64,000 nt of DNA from a virus: IMG/VR virus record IMGVR_UViG_3300009130_000014, positions 25,607 through 89,606 of that record; one strand, written 5' to 3'. Shown in pieces: positions 58,374 to 64,000 of the stretch. How positions within the stretch are numbered: the first letter of the stretch is position 1; every line of letters begins with the position of its first letter. The position numbers were made by a program, and so were the translations under genes. Below the pieces are notes generated by a model. It made no database searches. It saw only the letters and a list, made by a program, of their open reading frames with translations, and was not told the origin of the DNA.

Positions 58374-60189
58374 TAAAATATAAAGTTAATTGTTGTGGTT
58401 CTATGTCATTAATTATTTTTTGAGCTGCATTTATGTAGAAAGAATAATTAATATCATAATCTTCCATATTTTTCTTTTCGTATTTATTCAGAATAGTCAC
58501 TCCTGAATCTTTTAATACATGTTCGTGAGTAGCCCCGTCAAACTTATATAGATAAGCTCCTGTATTAGATGCATAATATCTATTAGTTCTTTGTAATTGC
58601 TTTCCATTATGAACTGCTTCAAAAGGTTTTCCTGTAGCTTTCGAATACCCCATTCTTGTACTCATACAGAAATCATATATATCATTATGTTCTATTATAG
58701 TCTTTCTTATAGGGATTTTATTAACAAAATATTCTTTTAAAGCAATTTTAGTTATTGGATGAGAATAACCTTTTAAGAAATCTAATTCAGTTACAAAGAA
58801 ACCTTTTTCTTTTATATAACCTCCTTCCATTATTCCTATATAATTATTACAGCTATGTTCATATATAACTTCAAATATATCTTGGTCTAACCCCATTTTA
58901 GTATTAGATTCCCAATTACTACAAATTTTGATATAATCATCCCATCTTTTATCAGGTACAATAACATTTACTGCATCTGTATTAGATCCTACAACTTTAA
59001 AATTGTTTTCTGTTAAATCTTCTATTAACATAGCCAACATTAATTGACCGTTAATAGTAGTCCCATAAGCAGTTTCTGGAGAATAAAAAGGGCTATAAAT
59101 AGAATTGTATAATCCAAAAGAAGAATTTAATTTAAGCTTGGCGTAAGCTTCCATCATTTTATTTTTTTGTGCTTTAGCTTCTTTTTTTTCTTGATAAGAT
59201 TCTTTATACACATCTAAAAACACAGGATCAAATCTATGTTTTAAATGCTCTATTCTTATAGAAGGATAAAATGAAGATACATCTGCTTGAACTAGTTTTT
59301 CATTTTTTCCAGGTTTAATGACTAAGCTTCTTTTATAATCATGATGTAATCCACCTAAACCGAAATTATAACATACTCCTTCATGGATCAATGGAAACTG
59401 TATTTTTTTAGAAGTGCCGGGATATAAAATTAAGTCTTCGTATTTCTTTTTTAATCCTTTAAACTTATCAGTTTTAAATTTTATTAAAGGTAATATCAAA
59501 TCTTTAACTTTAATAGATGTTATTTCCTCATTAGAATTTATTGTTTCTCTAATAAAATAATCAACATCTTTACCTTGACTTTCTCCTATAACTTTACTCA
59601 TAGTGTATTCTGCTATCTTAACAGGATCTCTACTATAACAATCTAATCCTGTAGTTTCATATACATAGTCTCGTAATTCAAATCCGCTTTTTAAATTATC
59701 ACAAACAGCTTTCAAGCTAAGAACATCATTTATACAATATTCTATACATTCATCAAATAAAGATTCATCTAATTCTTTATTCCAGTCTACCTCAAATTCT
59801 AATACGTTATCCCATTTAATAATAACCTGAAGATGTTTTAAACTAACTCTAAGTTTAGAGCTAGCTAACATAGTCATGATATCAATACTTTCTATAACCC
59901 TGTTATATTTATAATTATGTTTTTCATTATCTATTATCTTTTTAGACATTAAATAAAGTTCATAATTAGTACATTTAGGGGTTTTTAATAAATATTCAAG
60001 TAAAATATCATCATAATGATTACTATTATAACCTATAAGTTTAAATTTCTTAATTATGCTGATTATAACATTACGTTGATCTATTCTGGAGCTTATTTCA
60101 AACGATAATGTTTTATCTCCTTCAAGCTCACTAAATACTACACAAAAGAAATTAGGTAAACATTCGATATCATAAACTAATTTATTCAT
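58363..60189 (-). CDS. Family B DNA polymerase (crAss-like) with 3'-5' exonuclease
   Basis: 'YDIE', 'GYNS.HYDD', 'YCINDV', 'DVSSFYPS', 'KLKLNS.FG', 'TINGQL', 'NTDA', 'NNYI', 'KG'. Confidence 0.9.
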   Translation of the reverse strand: MNKLVYDIECLPNFFCVVFSELEGDKTLSFEISSRIDQRNVIISIIKKFKLIGYNSNHYDDILLEYLLKTPKCTNYELYLMSKKIIDNEKHNYKYNRVIESIDIMTMLASSKLRVSLKHLQVIIKWDNVLEFEVDWNKELDESLFDECIEYCINDVLSLKAVCDNLKSGFELRDYVYETTGLDCYSRDPVKIAEYTMSKVIGESQGKDVDYFIRETINSNEEITSIKVKDLILPLIKFKTDKFKGLKKKYEDLILYPGTSKKIQFPLIHEGVCYNFGLGGLHHDYKRSLVIKPGKNEKLVQADVSSFYPSIRIEHLKHRFDPVFLDVYKESYQEKKEAKAQKNKMMEAYAKLKLNSSFGLYNSIYSPFYSPETAYGTTINGQLMLAMLIEDLTENNFKVVGSNTDAVNVIVPDKRWDDYIKICSNWESNTKMGLDQDIFEVIYEHSCNNYIGIMEGGYIKEKGFFVTELDFLKGYSHPITKIALKEYFVNKIPIRKTIIEHNDIYDFCMSTRMGYSKATGKPFEAVHNGKQLQRTNRYYASNTGAYLYKFDGATHEHVLKDSGVTILNKYEKKNMEDYDINYSFYINAAQKIINDIEPQQLTLYFNEK

Positions 60190-60604
60190 CTAAATGTAAC
60201 CTTAAAGTATTTCGATATCCTTTTAAATAGTCAATTATTAATGGATTATATACAGGATATCTATGAGTATAATATTCTACAGCAGAAAACCACTCAGTTT
60301 GATAATCAGTAGCTACAAGCATATCACCTTTAATCACAGAAGTAAATTCAGAAGGTCTTTTTTCTTTTTTAGCTAGTTTATTTAAATCTTCATCTATATT
60401 ACTGGCAATCGGCTTAGCACATTTCTTTAAAAGTTCTAATGATCTATCGGAATTACAATTACCTGTCATTAGTCCATATATACACTTATTTCTAGTTTCT
60501 GGATTTATGCTATAATTTAATCTGTCTAATTCCTTTCGAGTTGCGTATTTTTTAATGTTATAAAGTTCTATTATAACTTTTTTTTCTAATTTCTTTAATT
60601 TCAT
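60182..60604 (-). CDS. Hypothetical phage protein
   Basis: 140 aa, 'CIYGLMTGNC'; coupled to neighbours. Confidence 0.5.
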   Translation of the reverse strand: MKLKKLEKKVIIELYNIKKYATRKELDRLNYSINPETRNKCIYGLMTGNCNSDRSLELLKKCAKPIASNIDEDLNKLAKKEKRPSEFTSVIKGDMLVATDYQTEWFSAVEYYTHRYPVYNPLIIDYLKGYRNTLRLHLDE

Positions 60605-60930
60605 ATTTTTATTATTTGATTAATTTTATCATTTAATATTAAATGATCGTTATTAAATGCATGATATACAGTTTTATGGTTTACTTTTTCCATAATAGAT
60701 ATCATAAAATAACTATAGCCTAAATTTCTAAGATAGTACCACCAGGTCCATCTAGCTTCTACTATTTCTCTTTTTCTACTTTTAGCTTTATAACTTATTT
60801 GTTTAGTTATATCTAATACAGAAACTTTAAAGTAAAGTGCTATTTCATATAAAATATCTCCATTAACATAATAGGGGGACAATGCCCCCTGATTATTAAA
60901 TACCTTAGTCATGTTCGAAAGGTATTTCAT
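60601..60930 (-). CDS. DnaA domain IV-like HTH protein
   Basis: 'KSRKREIVEAR...YYLR..GYS...I....NHKTVYHA' matches the Bac_DnaA_C pattern. Confidence 0.65.
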   Translation of the reverse strand: MKYLSNMTKVFNNQGALSPYYVNGDILYEIALYFKVSVLDITKQISYKAKSRKREIVEARWTWWYYLRNLGYSYFMISIMEKVNHKTVYHAFNNDHLILNDKINQIIKI

Positions 60931-61381
60931 CTACTATAACTTCTTGTTCTTGTTTAGCATCAAGATATGCTCTTTCTAATTCAGCCATAGATACTTTTCT
61001 AGGTTGAATGACAGGTGCTGCAGTACAAGATTGTGCAAATAATCCTGTAATACCTTTTGATGTTGTAACTTCGTCTATAACAAGGTCTACATATTGCCCT
61101 TTTAAAGGAATTTGTTGACCTTCTAGTATAGGTAAAGAAAATGCATTATTTGCAGCAGCATCATATTGACCTTGAGCAAATAATTCCATTGCATTTTTTT
61201 CATGATAATCTGACTTAAGATTAAAATTCGCAATAGCTACTTGTTGAACTCCATTATTCAACGCTCTGCTATACGGAGTAACATTAGTTACTTTTGCTCT
61301 GTAAACTCCTGGCACTGACACAGTACCTTTAGATGCGATAATTCTTAACGATTCTTCTCTTGATAATTTGTTAGTTTTCAT
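60905..61381 (-). CDS. Hypothetical (possible OB-fold) protein with acidic 'DEIPF' tail
   Basis: 158 aa; beta-rich; SSB-like C-terminus. Confidence 0.45.
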   Translation of the reverse strand: MKTNKLSREESLRIIASKGTVSVPGVYRAKVTNVTPYSRALNNGVQQVAIANFNLKSDYHEKNAMELFAQGQYDAAANNAFSLPILEGQQIPLKGQYVDLVIDEVTTSKGITGLFAQSCTAAPVIQPRKVSMAELERAYLDAKQEQEVIVDEIPFEHD

Positions 61382-61431
61382 AATTATTATAATTTATATT
61401 ATCTCCTCTCTTTTAATAAAGGCGAGAGGAT

Positions 61432-61848
61432 TTACCTTTGTCTCATTCTAGTAGTATCATCTAAGTACACTCTATAAGTAACTGTATCAAATACTAATCT
61501 TCTATTCTCGTCATAATAAGTTTTTCTAACAGGAACATCTCTGTAACCTGGATCTGTATAAACACAATATGTTATAATAACCGTATCGTTTTGTGGAAAT
61601 CCATAAGGAACTCCTGTATCTCCAAAATGATCTGTATGTCTTCCTGAATTAGGTAAATATCTTACATAAGTACTATAATTCGTATCACTCTTAGATAATT
61701 CTTCATGAGTAGGAAAGAATCCTAAATGACCTACCCCAAACTTATCTTCTTGACTTACTTCTTCTTTAAAAGATACTTTAATATCTTTATCTTTTTTACA
61801 TGATACAAGCGCACCTAGCACACTTGCTATCAATATTGATCTTACCAT
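61432..61848 (-). CDS. Lipoprotein
   Basis: Signal 'ILIASVLGALVSC' followed by 'KKDKD'. Confidence 0.7.
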   Translation of the reverse strand: MVRSILIASVLGALVSCKKDKDIKVSFKEEVSQEDKFGVGHLGFFPTHEELSKSDTNYSTYVRYLPNSGRHTDHFGDTGVPYGFPQNDTVIITYCVYTDPGYRDVPVRKTYYDENRRLVFDTVTYRVYLDDTTRMRQR

Positions 61849-62018
61849 TCTATTTCTTTATCTAAATTTTCAGGAGGTTCTATTATATCATCTGGATCTC
61901 TGTGATCTTCAGTTTTTTCTTTTTCAATACCTCCTTTACAGTTAGGGCAAGGATCGTCCATTTTTCCATAAGGATTAATCCCTGAGCCCCAACAAGTTGC
62001 ACATAATATTTTATCCAT
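61842..62018 (-). CDS. 58-aa DnaJ-type zinc-finger protein (not in ORF track)
   Basis: MDKILCATCWGSGINPYGKMDDPCPNCKGG...EIEW*; fills an otherwise empty gap. Confidence 0.7.
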   Translation of the reverse strand: MDKILCATCWGSGINPYGKMDDPCPNCKGGIEKEKTEDHRDPDDIIEPPENLDKEIEW

Positions 62019-62033
62019 AAATTTATTTTAATA

Positions 62034-62489
62034 CTATAATGTCATTAGTATATAAATTGTAATTCCGATTAGCAATCCTATACTAATTTTAGTTTTCATA
62101 TATAACTTACCATCTTGACCCATAGCATTATAAGCCCATTTATCAGTTATAGCTCCGTGTACAGGATCAGGTTCATGTATCACCCACATTCTATCTTTTC
62201 CGTGTTTGAATAAATTGAAGAAAGGATCGAATGGGATCCAGTAAGCAATCAATAATAATATAAAATATAATATTTTAATTGCTATTTTAAACGAAGCAGG
62301 GTGTACTGTGACTTCTAAAAAGAATATAGTAAATATTCCTGCTGCAACTATTCTCATTGCTGTAGAAAATGCATGATCTACAGCTCCTTTTTTCTTTGAC
62401 GCTTGAGCATCAAGATAGGCTTCTATGATTGCTATAATCATAGAAGCCAATAAAGGCATTCCTAAATGTAAAATTTCTATTTTTTCCAT
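62034..62489 (-). CDS. Multi-pass membrane protein
   Basis: About four hydrophobic helices. Confidence 0.6.
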   Translation of the reverse strand: MEKIEILHLGMPLLASMIIAIIEAYLDAQASKKKGAVDHAFSTAMRIVAAGIFTIFFLEVTVHPASFKIAIKILYFILLLIAYWIPFDPFFNLFKHGKDRMWVIHEPDPVHGAITDKWAYNAMGQDGKLYMKTKISIGLLIGITIYILMTL

Positions 62490-62495
62490 ATGATA

Positions 62496-62762
62496 TTATT
62501 TAAATTCCCTATTAAACTCAGCTTTCATTTCCTTAGAAACTGCTTTTAATTCTTTAATAATTAATAAAGCTTCACCTATTTTAGTCAAAGAATATTCTTC
62601 TACCTTCAACCTCAATTTTTCTAATTTTGCTTCTTCGTCTAAGACCTGTTGATCTACTGCCAATAGGTCTGCTTCCGCTTTTAACTTGGATGTTCTCCCT
62701 ATTAATTCTAATTCCTTTTGACTCTGTTCTTCCACATTGTTCAGTCTTTCTAAATACTTCAT
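62496..62762 (-). CDS. Coiled-coil protein overlapped by the upstream gene
   Basis: Heptad-like pattern; ATG after an A-rich stretch inside the 213-aa ORF. Confidence 0.55.
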   Translation of the reverse strand: MKYLERLNNVEEQSQKELELIGRTSKLKAEADLLAVDQQVLDEEAKLEKLRLKVEEYSLTKIGEALLIIKELKAVSKEMKAEFNREFK

Positions 62763-63222
62763 CTTTTTCTTCTTTTTTATTTGTTTTATATAAATTAATT
62801 GCTTCTTTTGCGTCTACTATTTGTACATTAGTATTTACATACCAATGTATATCAGAATATCTTCCTTTTTCTAAATATTGACATGTATTATATTTATGCC
62901 ACTCATATTCATTTCGATCTAAATAACTCTTATTTGTAGACCATTTCAATCCATGTTCATGAGCTATTTTCAATAGTTCAATATTATCTTCTTTTGTTTT
63001 AGTATGGAACGCTTTCCCTTTAATGTATTCCAGAAAAGGTTCAGGTTCTACTAATTCTAAATAGTCTTCGGATACACTATTACCTCTGGGTGAGATATAG
63101 AAATTTCCAGAGTTAGTTATAATAATCTCTTTAATTATAAATTCTTTACCAAACTCCCCTCCTGCTCCTCCAATAGGAGGGAGTATATACTTAACTCTAT
63201 CTCCTGCTTTAAACTTTGTCAA
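62581..63222 (-). CDS. Hypothetical protein, N-terminal SH3-like domain and basic overprinted C-terminus
   Basis: 'KFKAGDRVKY...LELV'; Arg/Gly/Ser-rich tail overlaps the next ORF. Confidence 0.55.
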   Translation of the reverse strand: MTKFKAGDRVKYILPPIGGAGGEFGKEFIIKEIIITNSGNFYISPRGNSVSEDYLELVEPEPFLEYIKGKAFHTKTKEDNIELLKIAHEHGLKWSTNKSYLDRNEYEWHKYNTCQYLEKGRYSDIHWYVNTNVQIVDAKEAINLYKTNKKEEKDEVFRKTEQCGRTESKGIRINRENIQVKSGSRPIGSRSTGLRRRSKIRKIEVEGRRIFFD

Positions 63223-63415
63223 TAAAACCTCCTTTCACTGTTAATCCTGCTTTTATCGCTTTATCAATTTCTGACTTGGCCATCTGAGATTGATTTCTTC
63301 CCATTCCAGACCATGCTTGATCTGTATATCTTTTATTTTTATTCAGATTTAATCTTTTCCAGATAGATTTTGCTATTTTCATCCTAGTAGGATAAGGCAT
63401 TTCATTTTTACTCAT
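63209..63415 (-). CDS. Hypothetical basic protein
   Basis: 68 aa. Confidence 0.45.
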   Translation of the reverse strand: MSKNEMPYPTRMKIAKSIWKRLNLNKNKRYTDQAWSGMGRNQSQMAKSEIDKAIKAGLTVKGGFIDKV

Positions 63416-63525
63416 ATTTTTTTTTAAAATTTAATTTATACATCTATTAGTTTAAAGCTGAAACAGCTTCTAGATCACTTAATGTGATAGCTTGAGGATC
63501 ATTCTGAGTCTCAAGTCTGATTAAT

Positions 63526-63768
63526 TTAGATAGATTTAAATTTTTCATCTTTTAATAATAATTTAAGTGTTAATTTAGCCATTTTAGTATTATCATTTAA
63601 TAATCCTTTAATAGCCTTTTCTTTTGATATTTTTCTTTTAGTGATAAACTGATTACTGCAATAACTTATTATATCTTTAGCCAATTCACTTGCTATGTAA
63701 TAAGTCATCGCTTTGCACAAAAAGAATAATATAAAGATCATAATTACTGTTAATAATATTTCGTTCAT
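63526..63768 (-). CDS. Small membrane protein (start probably MNEIL at 63768)
   Basis: N-terminal TM helix, basic tail. Confidence 0.45.
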   Translation of the reverse strand: MNEILLTVIMIFILFFLCKAMTYYIASELAKDIISYCSNQFITKRKISKEKAIKGLLNDNTKMAKLTLKLLLKDEKFKSI

Positions 63769-63882
63769 ATTGTTTTTAATAATTTTTGTGTTAATTACTT
63801 GCAATACTAACTTCTGTACTGGAGGGCAACAAAGTATATCATCAACCCTAACGGGTAGCTCAAGCTTAATTATATACGGGTG

Positions 63883-63999
63883 TTAGCAAACATTTATAGA
63901 ATACAGACTGTAATATGATTCTTCCCCTGTTTCATCTATGATAAAGCACCCTTTATATTCTTGCTCAATCAACTCATATTTTTTACCTTTTACTATGTT
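63883..63999 (-). CDS. C-terminal part of an SH3-like small protein (truncated by window)
   Basis: NIVKGKKYELIEQEYKGCFIIDETGEESYYSLYSINVC*. Confidence 0.45.
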   Translation of the reverse strand, partial: NIVKGKKYELIEQEYKGCFIIDETGEESYYSLYSINVC

Positions 64000-64000
64000 T

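Noticed and set aside
41497-62881. Plus-strand ORFs inside the replication block (e.g. 55836-56168, 54794-55024) and nested 43350-43532
   Set aside because: Antisense or alternative-frame shadows of real genes or of the intron core.
63446-63521. tRNA gene
   Set aside because: No TTC T-loop, D-loop GG, 7-bp acceptor stem or CCA; kept only as a structured element.
1-64000. Stop-codon reassignment (TAG or TGA), common in some crAss-like phages
   Set aside because: Genes are long and tile densely under the standard code. TGA ends genes at ATGA overlaps (2133, 10071, 28196), and TAG ends ORFs at sensible places (e.g. 34445).
1-64000. CRISPR array, diversity-generating retroelement, integrase or IS element
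   Set aside because: No regularly spaced repeats, reverse transcriptase, recombinase or transposase motifs seen by eye.

Overview
AT-rich segment of a crAss-like (Crassvirales-type, phi14:2-like) podovirus genome; a Bacteroidota/Flavobacteria host is inferred. It has two convergent blocks that meet at a bidirectional terminator (~39421-39455). The + strand block (1-39403) is the virion/late module: tail ring, IHF-like, tail tubular and muzzle proteins, five large ejected 'cargo' proteins including the virion RNA polymerase (DFDID motif, N-terminal HExxH zincin-like domain), tail fibre/LamG proteins, a lysis cassette, Cys-rich tail proteins, a GT25 glycosyltransferase and a tail-collar fibre. 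The - strand block (39453-64000) is the replication/metabolism module: PolB, SF2 helicase, DnaB (interrupted by a group I intron carrying a LAGLIDADG endonuclease), AAA ATPase, SSB-like protein, DnaG, rIIA/rIIB, RusA-like, MazG-like, PD-(D/E)XK exonuclease, dNMP kinase (with an in-frame HNH-AP2 insert), ThyX and a degenerate UNG. The most striking unexplained pattern is in the cargo proteins. The five total 6302 aa, yet by manual scan contain only four cysteines, all at the abutting termini of the three largest (C-term of 1437 aa / N-term of RNAP; C-term of RNAP / N-term of 1092 aa). This suggests a head-to-tail disulfide-linked ejection chain. Family calls come from motif recognition only; no searches were run.
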